Positions 12,790 to 24,340 of a stretch of 64,000 nucleotides of DNA are shown here, piece by piece. Position 1 is the stretch's first letter. Each line of letters starts with the position of its first letter. Source of the DNA: Octopus bimaculoides (Eukaryota). The stretch spans positions 44,817,589-44,881,588 of the forward strand of contig NC_068998.1 of the NCBI RefSeq assembly GCF_001194135.2, in the 5' to 3' direction. A program made the position numbers and the translations under genes. Below the pieces are notes generated by a model. The model had not been told where the DNA came from and did no database searches. It saw only the letters and a program-made list of their open reading frames with translations.

Positions 12790-13012
12790 TATATATGTAT
12801 ATGTTTGTGTGTCTGTGTTTGTCCCCCCAACATCGCTTGACAACCGGTGCTGGTGTGTTTACGTCCCCGTAACTTAGCGGTTCAGCAAAAGAAACCGATA
12901 AAATAAGTACTAGGCTTACAAAGAATAAATCCTAGGGTCAATTTGCTCGACAAAAGGCAGTGCTCCAGCATGGCTGCAGTCAAATGACTGAAATGGGTAA
13001 AAGAGTAAAAGA
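12790..13012 (+). mobile_element. SINE family B, 3' half
   Basis: tgtttgtccccccaacatcgcttgacaaccggtgctggtgtgtttacgtccccgtaacttagcgg...gctccagcatggctgcagtcaaatgactgaaa. Confidence 0.85.
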
Positions 13013-13722
13013 GAGAGAGTATCTGCAGAGCAAATAACCTCTAACACTGTACATGATTATTGCTTCCTGTCCCAAACAACTATTTCAAATCTGTCATGTT
13101 TGCATTTGGTAGAAATTTTAATGGGAATATTCCGCTAACTGCTTATATGTCTGTATTCAATAACAGAAGCAATGTCTATATTTATCCTCAGGCAATCTTT
13201 CCCGTGGATGACATATCTGCTATTTATAATTTCATGATAAATGATAATTTATTCATACTGTATTTCATATACTTCATTGAGTGGGTGATTTTATCAAAAT
13301 ATTGAGTGAAGATACAATATTTTATTATTTTAGACAAGTATAATTTACATAACTATCATATATTTCAAGCTACTAATACAAAATTGAATATCAATAATGG
13401 TGAGCAGATAAAATTGTTTATTTAACTCAATTATGGAAAGGTCAATGCCCTTTAGAGTAGATATTTAGAGTATAGTACACTCAGTTGAAAATTGAGTTTC
13501 AGTTTCAAATCTAGATGTGGGGGTTACTTTTATTTTCAAAGGATCATTTGAAAATATACCTTGGTTGAGATCCCTGTTAGTTAGAATGGACCATGTATCT
13601 GCATCTGATACAGAAGTGTAGACCAGAATTCTTTATAGAAGTCAAGTAGTTACCCTTGAAGCGTAAATCATACCCCTCAGTGCCAATGATGTTGCCTTGA
13701 CAGAAAAGCAAAGCTCAGTATA

Positions 13723-13969
13723 CAAGGCTGGCCAAAAGTCACCTGACAGCAAATCAAAACCTATTCAATTCCAAGATTAAAACAAAAAATTATTTTATAT
13801 GAGACTTCGTTAATAAATAGACAAATGTTGAAAAAATAAGAAAACAAACGGTGATTTTAATTTACAGTATTCAATTAAATTTTCATAACTGGAATGAATA
13901 AACAAAAATTGAATATCAAGTGTTTATGAGATTTTTGATTTACTGTCGGGTGACTTTTGGCCAAACCTG
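13723..13969. mobile_element. Tc1/mariner-type MITE
   Basis: About 37-bp TIRs caaggctggccaaaagtcacctgacagcaaatcaaaa vs caggtttggccaaaagtcacccgacagtaaatcaaaa; TA TSD at 13721-22 and 13970-71. Confidence 0.85.
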
Positions 13970-14199
13970 TATTTTGGTTTCTGCATCATCATAGGTTAGC
14001 TCAGAATGTAAAGAGCTGGAACAAGTACCACTGGGCATTTGTTCTCATAATTCTGCCAAACCACTACTCTAGATTGGTACCTTATTTTATCAATGCCATA
14101 AGGATAAAAGCAAAGTTGGACTTGGCAAGATTTGAACTCAGAATAGAAAGAGGCAGAATATATTATGCAAGTTACGTCATCTGACATTGTAACATCATC

Positions 14200-14660
14200 A
14201 TCATCATTTAAAGTCCGTTTTCCATGCTGGCATGGGTTAGACAGTTTTACTGAGGTCTGGAGAGCCAGCAGCTGCACCAGGCTCCAATCTGATCTGGTAA
14301 TGTTTCTACAGCTGGATGCCCTCTCTAATGTCAACCACTCCAAGAGCATAGTAGGTGCTTTTTACATGCCGCCAGCACAGGAGCCAGTCATGGGGTACTG
14401 GCATCGGCTACGTTTGGATGGTGCTTTTTATGAGTTACCAGCATGGGAGCCAGTCAGGCAGGCCTGGCATCAACCACATTCAGACGGTGCCTTTTACATA
14501 CCACCAGCTCAGGAGCCAGTCAGGGGACACTGGCATTGAGCACGTTTGGATGATGCATTTTACGTGCCACCAGAATAGGAGCCAATGAGGGGACACTGAT
14601 CACAGCTACGATTTTGGTTTTACTTGACTCATCAGGTCTTCTCAGGCATATCACATCACC
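14200..14660 (-). mobile_element. Family E element with four internal 66-bp tandem units
   Basis: (CAT)n-catttaaagtccgttttccatgctggcatggg end; units start at 14354, 14420, 14486, 14552. Confidence 0.8.
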
Positions 14661-14751
14661 CGATGCATCAAGTGTAGGCAATCCATCACTTAAAGACTGA
14701 TCAATAAAAATTTTATTATTACAGTTCTTATGTTTATACCATATATATAGT

Positions 14752-15140
14752 GGAGGCGCAATGGCCCAGTGGTTAGGGCAGCAGACTCACAGTCATAGGA
14801 TCGCGGTTTCGATTCCCAGACCGGGCATTGCGAGTGTTTATTGAGCGAAAACACCTAAAGCTCCACGAGGCTTTGGCAGGGGATGGTGGCGAACGCTGTT
14901 GTACTCTTTCACCACAACTTTCTCTCACTCTTACTTCCTGTTTCTGTTGTGCTTGTAATTCAAAGGGTAAGCCTTGTCACACTGTGTCATGCTGAATCTC
15001 CCCCGAGAACTACGTTAAGGTTACACGTGTCTGTGGAGTGCCTAGACACTTGCACGTTAATTTCACAAGCAGGCTGTTCCGTTGATCAGATCAACTGGAA
15101 CCCTCAACGTCATAAGTGACGGAGTGCCAACAACAACAAC
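14752..15140 (+). mobile_element. SINE family A2, full length
   Basis: Pol III A box TGGCCCAGTGG (14762) and B box GGTTTCGATTCC (14805); (CAA)n tail; TSD accatata(t/c)ata at 14738-14749 and 15139-15150. Confidence 0.9.
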
Positions 15141-16639
15141 CATATACATAATAATGTTGTGAAGTAATTGCTTAACAGTATTTAGATTTCTTCCTTTTCG
15201 TTTTCAGTCCAAACCCTGATTGGATCAAATTCATCCTTTGTTATACTCCCTTATAATCCTAGACCAATGTATTGGCATTTTCCTATCACAAAATTCTGGC
15301 TCTGTACCAAATAAAAATCAATGAGTACTTTAAGGCATTCCTGTTAAACAAGTTATTCACAGGAATAAGTGTGGAAAAAATACCGTTATTTTAAGAGTTT
15401 ATTTACAAAGATTTTGGGGTGTTTTTGTAATTTTGTTTACAATTTTATTTTATTTCACCAAGTATTTGCTTTATTTGGTGTCATTTCCTCTCCACTTGTA
15501 AAGTTCTCTCCAACTAAAAGTAAAAATAAAGAAACAAACAAAACAAAAGCAGAGAGTAAAATACAAGATTAGTTGTTCCTTCATTAAATTTGTAAACAGC
15601 AGGGTGTGTGCGTGTGAGCAAGAGTGTGTATCTCTGTGTGCTCACCAGTTCATGTGTTCTGCATGTGCACATGTTCAGGTGTGCTGCAATGTTAAACATG
15701 CTAAGCTGTTGTTAATGTTAATGAAAATACCTTACATCAGCTAGCTAGACATTGGCAGTGAACCATGTCAATATAACGTCATATATTGCAATCTTTGCCA
15801 CCACCGCCACCACTACCAACATCTTCATCATCATCATCACCAAGTGTTGCAGCTCTTGTTGGTTTTACTTGTTAACACTTACAATTGTATTCACTGCAGT
15901 TCTCTCCCTTGATGCAGTCAGTGTTGGTCAACAGGCATTGAAGAAACGTGTAACTCAGAACACACTGCTGGAACACAGCCTTTGATTACTGTTTCAAAAT
16001 GAAGCCAAATTACTTTTCATTATAAGACTTGTTGTCCCACAGATTTATTTTTCAGACCCGTGGTCCTTATTATAAAGATGGTACAGAGTTTGATAAGAAA
16101 GAATTGACCAACACGTTGAGCAAGTCATGAGGCAACAGAAAAGCAGGCTTGTTGGAACAACCTGAAACAGTTCACCATTGAAGTGTTTGATAAAACAAAA
16201 CAAGATATTTCCAGTAATATCGTTTATTTTGTGATATGACTCCTATATCTAGTATTTGAGATATTCGTGTGTTTTACTCACATAGCTATGCTTGACTAAC
16301 TTCTGATGACTTAAAAGTCTGTATTATAAACCATCACTGAGTCAATAGTATTTTAGTGAATAATAGACTTGTAAGAGAATCAGAGATGACCAAGATAACA
16401 GGTTGAGATGAACTATCAGTAGGTGATATCTCAATGACACCACTTTCCTACTCTGTTCTCTTATCCACAAATGGTGCAGTCCACTTAGCTGTTAATAGGC
16501 TGTCTAAGTTAAGTATGGTTCAATGCTCCAAATATTGTAAGCACAGAACAAATTAGCAACTCTTCACATGACTTCACCATGTCAACGATGACGATGATGA
16601 TGGTGGTGATGACAAGGACGACTACGATGACAATGATGA

Positions 16640-16920
16640 TGACTAAAATATACATGCATGTTATATGTACACTCGTAAATACACACATGCATGCATGCAT
16701 ACTGAGAAGTATACATCTAAGTCTGTATTTATAAGACTTTAAACAAATTGATAACTGACTTCTGATGAGTTTCAAGGATTAATTTGGAAACTTGTAACAC
16801 ACAACTTTGATTCCCAAGTCGGTAATCAATGCTTTTTCTTAACAAACTTGTGTTAGATATTGGTGTTGAGTTATTGCAGTAAGGCTTTCATTCATTTTGT
16901 TCTTGTTCAGCCAAACACAC
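16640..16920 (+). repeat. Local direct duplication, copy 2 (of 8700-9000)
   Basis: Colinear similarity with a 16-nt deletion relative to copy 1. Confidence 0.85.
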
Positions 16921-16984
16921 ACATACATTCTTATACACACACACAAACATTCACACACACACACACACACACACACAGACATTT

Positions 16985-17120
16985 GATGGGCTTCTTTCAA
17001 TTTCTGTCTACTAAATCTACTGACAGGCTTTGGCCAGCTCATGACTATAGTGTGCCATACTGTAGCACTGAACCCAGAACCATTAGGTTGGGAAGCAAAC
17101 TTCTTACCACATAGCCATGT
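16985..17120 (-). mobile_element. SINE family B, 5' half
   Basis: gggcttctttcaatttctgtctac...gaacccagaaccatt...cttcttaccacatagcc. Confidence 0.7.
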
Positions 17121-17549
17121 TTGCTTGTCTGTGATAAAATCCCTCAGAAGAAAAAGACTTATGCTGTTCACTCACAATATATAAAAGTCCTGGACACATA
17201 TTCAGTATGAATATGTTGATTATCATTTAATAGGCTTCATTAGGTGGTTTTATAGTCAATAAATTTTCAATTAGATTAAGGATCTCATCTCTAATTAGAA
17301 TGTTGCGAGGCCAATTTCAATTATGGCATATTGAAGATGATCAGCCTTTTATAGGCTCAACACGTTAATCTGTAATGATTAGTCGCTTTACCTATCATGT
17401 GAGTTTTGAACATTGTTTGAGTCCCGTGCTTTGATTTGTTGAGTATTGTGCAGGATTTTGATTAAAGATCCAATCATGTTACATGTAGTACATTCTCAAA
17501 CAACAAATCTGAATGTGCTCTGGAGCCTGCCCTCTTTCTATAAATTGGT

Positions 17550-17892
17550 GTAGAGGGTGACCCCTTTGGTCATCAATGACCATGATATCGCACCTACAGG
17601 GTTACCCTTCCAGGCACGAGTTCAGGCAAGGCTGTTTATGGAAGACCAGTAGTCGCCCATACATACCAGCCTCCTCTCTCCACACCACCGATGTTATCCA
17701 AGGGAAAGACAAAGGGGCTGATACAGCTTGGCACCAATGATGTTGCAACTCATTTCTACAGCTGAGTGAACTGGAGCAACATGAAATAAAATGTCTTGCT
17801 CAAGAACACAACATGCAGCCCAGTCCGGAATCGAACTCTCAACCTCATCATCGTAAGCTCGATGCTCTAACCACTGAGCCATGTGCCTTCAC
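17550..17892 (-). mobile_element. SINE family H (A1-like tRNA head and core, different tail)
   Basis: Minus strand gcacatggctcagtggttagagc A box, gttcgattcc B box; matches 57197-57515. Confidence 0.8.
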
Positions 17893-18528
17893 AAATTGTT
17901 GTAACAAATCATCTTTGAGGAGAGGGGTGAGCGATTTTCATGAAGGTGAGTCATGTTATTTTCCGGCCATTATTCACGTGAACGAAATTAATATAATGGA
18001 ACACATATAACCAATAACAGTCTGAGTTGAATTATCCAAATGATGGATGAATCATATAACCACCAGAATTTGCAATGTTTTATTTTGTCCTCTGTAATTT
18101 TTTAACAGATATAAAGTCTTGTTATTTTTTAATTTTTGTTTCTTGTACTATTTCCATGAGTTAAGACATAACATATATTATATAATGGTATGCAAGATTC
18201 CTTAGTAAAATGAAGGGAGACCTTATACAGCCCTGTTAAAAGAACATGAAAAGTAGGTTTCATCTGATTACATCTTTTGTCAACCTCACAAGCATTGAAA
18301 ACAGAGGGCACCATAATTATAGCAATATTTAAGGGTTTCTGTAGTTAGTTAACTATTATCTTAAATAACATGGTCCTAGACTCGTTATGTCTGAAAAAAA
18401 GAGGGACAATGGTCAAGGCTCAAATGCATTTGCTCATAGGTCTATTCAATCAGGACTGATCTTGGATTAAACAACAGCAGTTACAGGTTTATATAGGAAG
18501 AACATTTCACCACTGTATGTAGTGGCAG

Positions 18529-18911
18529 AGTGGTGGTGCAATGGTTAGGGCAGCGGATTTGCGGTCATAGGATCGCGGTTTCGATTCCCAGACCGGGCGT
18601 TGTGAGTGTTTATTGAGTGAAAACACCTAAAGCTCCATGAGGCTCCAGCAGGGGATGATGGCGAACCCTGTTGTATTCTTTCACCACAACTTTCTCTCAC
18701 TCTTACTTTCTGTTTCTGTTGTGCTTGTAATTCAAAGAGTCAGCCTTGTCACACTGTGTCACGCTGAATATCCCCGAGAACTACGTTAAAAATACACGTG
18801 TCTGTGGAGTGCTCAGCCACTTGCACGTTAATTTCACGAGCAGGCTGTTCCGTTGATCGGATCAACTGGAACCCTTGACATCGTAAGCGACGGAGTGCCA
18901 ACAAACAACAA
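18529..18911 (+). mobile_element. SINE family A2, full length
   Basis: Near-identical to 14752-15140; perfect 10-bp TSD gtagtggcag at 18519-18528 and 18912-18921. Confidence 0.9.
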
Positions 18912-19409
18912 GTAGTGGCAGTACTGTAAAATTAACAAGAGGCCCACAAGCTTATAGTTCTGAGTTCAACCCCTCATAAGAGACATATAGCTTGGAGAGG
19001 AAAGGGCACTGTGCCAAGTTCATTTGCCCCAGGTGTACCACACGAAGACAAAATCTTCAGTGGTAAACCATTCCATGGATGTCACTGAGTTTATAGAATT
19101 CATCAGTCACTGGATTCTTTGCATGATGCAGTCTTGTATAGGTGCGAAAGTAAATCAATATTATATAAATTCTTAGATAGGTTTCCATTCTTGCATATTT
19201 TAGAGACCCTTTTAACATTGGAGTTAATTACATAACCTCAATCTATATTAATTAGATTAGATGAGCCACAACTGGTGTGAATGATGTCAAATTTAATCTA
19301 AATATATAAAACCATGGCATGTTGCAGTTACAGCTCACTCTTCTTCTAACTGAATGAAGCTTGCACGGCTGTCACCTTTGTGATATCAATTTGGAAATGT
19401 GTCACTGTC

Positions 19410-19990
19410 ACATATATCATCATCACCATCATCATCATCATCATCATAATCCTCAGCAGCAACAACAGGTCTTCTATCCTATTAATCATCATCATCATCA
19501 TAATCCTCAGCAGCAACAACAGGTCTTCTATCCTATTAATCATCATCATCATCATCAGCAGCAGCAGCAGCTGCAGCATTTTCTTCACCTTCCTCATCAC
19601 TGACACTATCATCATTCAGCCTGACCATCAGTGTTATCACTCTTCCCAGCACCACCACCACCACCACCTCCACGGCCACCATCATCATCAGCATCACCAC
19701 CACTATCACTATCATCATCATTACTGCCAGCATCGTCACCATCATCATCATCATTATCATTGTCGTCGTCATCCTTCCCATCTTATTCACCAACACCATC
19801 ATCATGACCATCACATCATCATGACCATCACATCATCACTGCCACTGCGATTATTACAATCGCCACAATTATTATCACCAGCACCACCACCACCACCATC
19901 ATCATCATCGTTAACAACATATCAGCTTCATCACCATTTCCTTCAAAACCAGTAACTCCATGATTACCACCACCACCAGCATCATCATTA
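19410..19990. repeat. (CAT)/(CAG)/(CAC) low-complexity tract with an internal 54-bp tandem duplication
   Basis: aatcctcagcagcaacaacaggtcttctatcctattaat at 19448 and 19502. Confidence 0.85.
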
Positions 19991-20023
19991 TGTACGTATG
20001 TGTGTGTAAATATATATATATAT

Positions 20024-20056
<33 letters not shown>

Positions 20057-20325
20057 TGTATGTCTTTGTATGTTGATCAGTGTAAAGTAGAAGGCGAACA
20101 TCTACCTGAGTTCTGTTTTATTCTTCGGTAAAATTTTTTCCAAGGTTTTCTTCTATTGGTGAGAAAGAAGGGGGAGGTGTTTCTTTAATTTCACACCGAT
20201 GTCAGATCTTGGAATTCATTAAAGGTGTTTTACACCTTAATGAAAAAATAACTGACTCCGTTACATTGCAGATGGTGATTAACTAATAGTCTTCATCGAT
20301 GCTTACGTTATCTCTCTCTCTTTCC

Positions 20326-20356
<31 letters not shown>

Positions 20357-20903
20357 CACACACATATATATGCATGCATACATATATATATATATATATA
20401 TATGCACACAGACACACACATATACATACAGGCATCCAGCTGTAGAAACTGTTCCAGATCAGATTGGAGCCTGGTGCGGCCATCTGGCTCACCAGTCCCC
20501 AGTCAAACTGTCCAACCCATGCCAGCATGGGAAGCAGACGTTAAACGATGATATATATACTTAAACAAGAAAAGACATCACTCCACTATATCATAACCTC
20601 TGATATAGACCCCACCCCACCAGTGAACAGCAAATAGTCACATGATTGCTTGTCTGGTTTCATGATTTCTCTTAAAATTAAACTTGTATTTTTAACTCGA
20701 AAATGTTCTTTCTCTTTGTATTAGCCTTTAAGGCTAATCACACAAAATATGTTGTTTTTCTTTCTTTACTTCACACACTGATGCAATAAAATAATAATGA
20801 TGATGACGATGATGTTGATTACAACAACAACAATGATGATGATAAAAATGATGATGATGATGATCCCAAATAATGTATGTTTTTTTCCTTACTTTTAATC
20901 ATG

Positions 20904-20943
20904 TCTAACACAATTTTCTTTCTTCTTTTAATTACAGGTAAGT
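20904..20943 (+). promoter_or_regulatory. Candidate recursive splice site (ratchet point)
   Basis: Branch point CTAAC 20905-20909, polypyrimidine tract, TACAG (AG at 20936-37) directly followed by GTAAGT; no AG between 20733 and 20935. Confidence 0.6.
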
Positions 20944-21827
20944 TTCTACCTGGCAGTACTAAAGCAGACAGTTTACCTTGTTTGGTTTGATATATATATT
21001 TCCTATCTTTTCACTTGTTTCGAAGTTTTGTACTTTTATTTGAAATGTCCTAAAAACATAGAGCATTTACCCATGAAGTCAATTTTAACTGATTGATCAA
21101 CTCAGTTCTGCATTCATAGACTACGTTCAATAAACTCCTTCTGAGCTTTTAAGATGTGGACCTCAAGCAATTATTTTTATAATATGAACAACACCAAAGA
21201 CAATTTAGTTTTAGTTAAAGTTTGCTATTAAATTTGTTATACAGATGAAACATTAACAATGTTCCCCACAATATTTGCAGACCACACTTCCAGAATTGTG
21301 CGACAGATGTAGAGAATGATTGTTCTGAATATTTTAATGAAAGGTCAACTTTGAGAAAACATAGATAATTTGTTAAAAATAAACAAATACTGTATTATTT
21401 TTCTCTTTCCAAAACAAACGCTGTCATAGACAAAATGACACATATTTTGAGAAAGTTTGTTGTCAATTAAATTGACCCCAGTATATGACTGGTGTGATTC
21501 CAGAAGGAAGAGAAGTACAGCCGACCTTGGAAAATGATATCCCAAAAATATATTGATATTGTATTATTTTTCTCTTCCCAAAACATAAACATTCATATAT
21601 TTGGAGCAAAAACTTAACATTCATAATAATCATGTATTCTAACATATTTTGAGAAAGTTTGTTGTTATGTTGATATCAGTATGTGACTGGTATGATCCTG
21701 GAAGAGAGAGTAACACAGTTGGCCTTGGCAAGATTTGAAAATGAATTGTAAACTGCTGTAACTTTATATGGCAAAGCATAAAATGTATAAGTGCTTTTTC
21801 TGATACTGCCATCTATCTGCCTGTAAG

Positions 21828-21995
21828 CACTAGCATAGCTAGAGTGTGTTCCACCCAGGGTGGCCCTTCCATTTGCCACCCCTGGACACCACAACAATTA
21901 CATATTGTCTACAGCAGACCCAAAAGTGCTGCCCCTTTAAAAGTTCCGCCTGGGGCAGACCACCCCTACTGCCTCCTACCCTAGCTATGCTAGTG
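21828..21995. mobile_element. hAT-type MITE
   Basis: Perfect 15-bp TIR CACTAGCATAGCTAG; perfect 8-bp TSD CCTGTAAG at 21820-27 and 21996-22003. Confidence 0.9.
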
Positions 21996-22189
21996 CCTGT
22001 AAGATGTTTAAGACAGGCTCATGGACACTAATTTTTAGAACAGGAAGGAACATAGAACTCTCAACTCTCAACTATAGAAATATTCATCTTTGGTTGGTAT
22101 TTTATCCACATTGGAAGAGAAAAGGCAATACATAGAGGGAGGTAAATGGAACACTACTGAGTCTGACACTCAGTTACCCCGGCCAATTG

Positions 22190-23000
22190 ACTATACTTTC
22201 ATAATGGCTTCAAAGTTTGTCACAAGGGCAACAATTTGGGGGGAGGAGATGAGTCGATTACATCGACCCCGGTGTTCAAATCGTACTTATTTTATCAACT
22301 CCGAAAGGGTGAAAGATAAAATTGACCTCGGTGAAGTTTGAACTCAGAACGTAGCGGCAGGTGAAATACAGCTAAGCATTTTGTCCTGCATGCTAATGAT
22401 TTTGCCAGCCTTTGACTATCCTTTCATAATAATGATACCAGCAACAACAACAACATCAGCAGTTTATGATTTAGGCACAAAGTCAGCAATGTTAAGAGGT
22501 GGGAGTTGAGTTAATTCCATCAACCCTTATACTTGGCTGGTACTTTAGTTTTATCAACCCCAAAAGGACAAAAGACAAAATCTACCTTACTCAGAACATA
22601 TAGTGTTGGAACAAATACCATGAGGCACTTAATACAATTATCTTAATCGTCCTGGCAGTTCTTGCCATTTTTAATAATAATGGTAATCTTTTCTACAATA
22701 GGCACAAGGCCTAAATTTTGCAAAGAGCCGACTAGTTGATAACATCAACTACAGTGCTCAACTGGGACTTGTTTTTTTTCGACCCCAAAAGGATGAAAAG
22801 CAAAGTCAACCTCAGCTGAATTTGAACTCAGGCAAACAATTCTGCCCACTCACCACCTTCTTTAGTGATAATTATTATAAGAATCTTTAATATAGTCCCA
22901 AAGCCAGAAATTTTGTGGGATTGTTTCTGTTTTATTGACTCACTCCATCTCAAGTTGGATAGAAGATGAAGTTAGTCTTGGTAGGAGTTGAACTCAGAAC
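22190..23000 (-). mobile_element. Tandem cluster of 3-4 SINE family C copies
   Basis: Repeated ggcacaagg...ttatcaacccc...aaagtcaacctc...tttgaactcag modules separated by AAT/CAA tracts. Confidence 0.75.
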
Positions 23001-23708
23001 AGAAAATTCATACGTTTGGAGCAAAAACTTAACATTCATAATAATCATGTATTCTAAAATATTTTGAGAAAGTTTGTTGTTAATTATGTTGATCTCAGTT
23101 ATGTAACTGGCATGACCATGGAAGGGAGAGAAACACAATTGGCCTTAGCAAGATTTGAAAATGAATTGTAAACTGGTGTAACTTTATAAATACCACAGAA
23201 ACATAATGTCCACTATTGATTCTTCATTATTTTGAAATAAATGGAAATTCTAGAATGCCAAACTTCATGGGTATATGCATATGTTAAGGGCATTATCAAA
23301 TTAGAATTAGTTTGATTGAATTGCATGCTTTTATAGTGATTTGTTCTTATTCCTGTCTCCAATCCATCCTTGCCATCTTGTAAGAATGTTCAAGCTTCCC
23401 CCAACTATTTGCATGTTATATACAGTTTTATAGTTGTTGCTGTTGGTGTGGCACCTGAATTTTTTTTACAGATTTTTTTATTTAAAACGTGCATTATTAT
23501 TTAGTGAGATGTATCTCAGTATATAGACAAATAGCATCTTGTTTATTTTTTTTACATATTTGTATCCTTTTAAATCCCTGTTCCCATTAGTTTGCCTCAT
23601 GAAATCTTTGTATGTAGACCCATATATGTTTATTTGTATCTGCTTTGTGGAGTGATGTTATGTGCTTTTACTTTCTTTTGTCCATTTACTAGCTTAGAAT
23701 ATTTTCAA

Positions 23709-23751
<43 letters not shown>

Positions 23752-24107
23752 TTAAGTCATGCATGTGTTGGGAGTAACACNNNNNNNNNNTAACACAATT
23801 ATAGTTTGAATCATATAACAACAAAAGGGTTCCATGAGCTTCTTTTGTTAAGTTGAAATACTCAGACCTATATTGCATTTAAGAACAACCTTGTCTGAAG
23901 ACTGCAAAGCCACATCTTAGTGTGAAACTAGCAGCGTTGCCTTTCTTTTATCTTGTAAGTTCATGTAACCGTAATATATATATATACATACATACATACA
24001 TACATACATTCCTAAAGAAATAATTGAGATTCAGTTGAATTAGGTACTTAAGTTGAAGCACCGAGTCAGTCTGGTATTATCCGCACAGCTCGAAGAAGCG
24101 TGAATAC

Positions 24108-24333
24108 AATCAAAATAAGCAATAGGATATCAAGTAATGATGCAGTGCAACTGTTTCAAGGGGATCCATTTAATTGAATATCAATTTAAATGCAGTGCCA
24201 TCTTTATTTATTTGTGCAGCTGAAGATGGCGCTGCATTTAAATTGATGTAATGATTGTATTGTTCAATTAAATGGAGCCACTTGAAACAGTCGTACTGCA
24301 TCACTACTTGATATCCTGTTGCTTAATCTGATT
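24108..24333. repeat. Imperfect fold-back, arms of about 100 bp
   Basis: aatcaaaataagcaataggatatcaag...aatgcagtgccatcttt pairs with gaagatggcgctgcattt...cttgatatcctgttgcttaatctgatt; one arm has a bulge of about 12 nt. Confidence 0.85.
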
Positions 24334-24340
24334 ATATATA

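Noticed and set aside
14752-14825. tRNA-like sequences with A/B boxes
   Set aside because: They are SINE heads continuous with repeat bodies and TSDs, not tRNA genes
19361-19955. Poly-His/poly-Gln ORFs resembling a transcription-factor low-complexity region
   Set aside because: Trinucleotide tract with a 54-bp duplication; the His frame stops at 19603; no convincing splice sites or folded domain
23890-23940. CTGAAGA...GAAACTAG hammerhead-like motif
   Set aside because: No convincing stem II or stem I pairing; at most a decayed Penelope-like end
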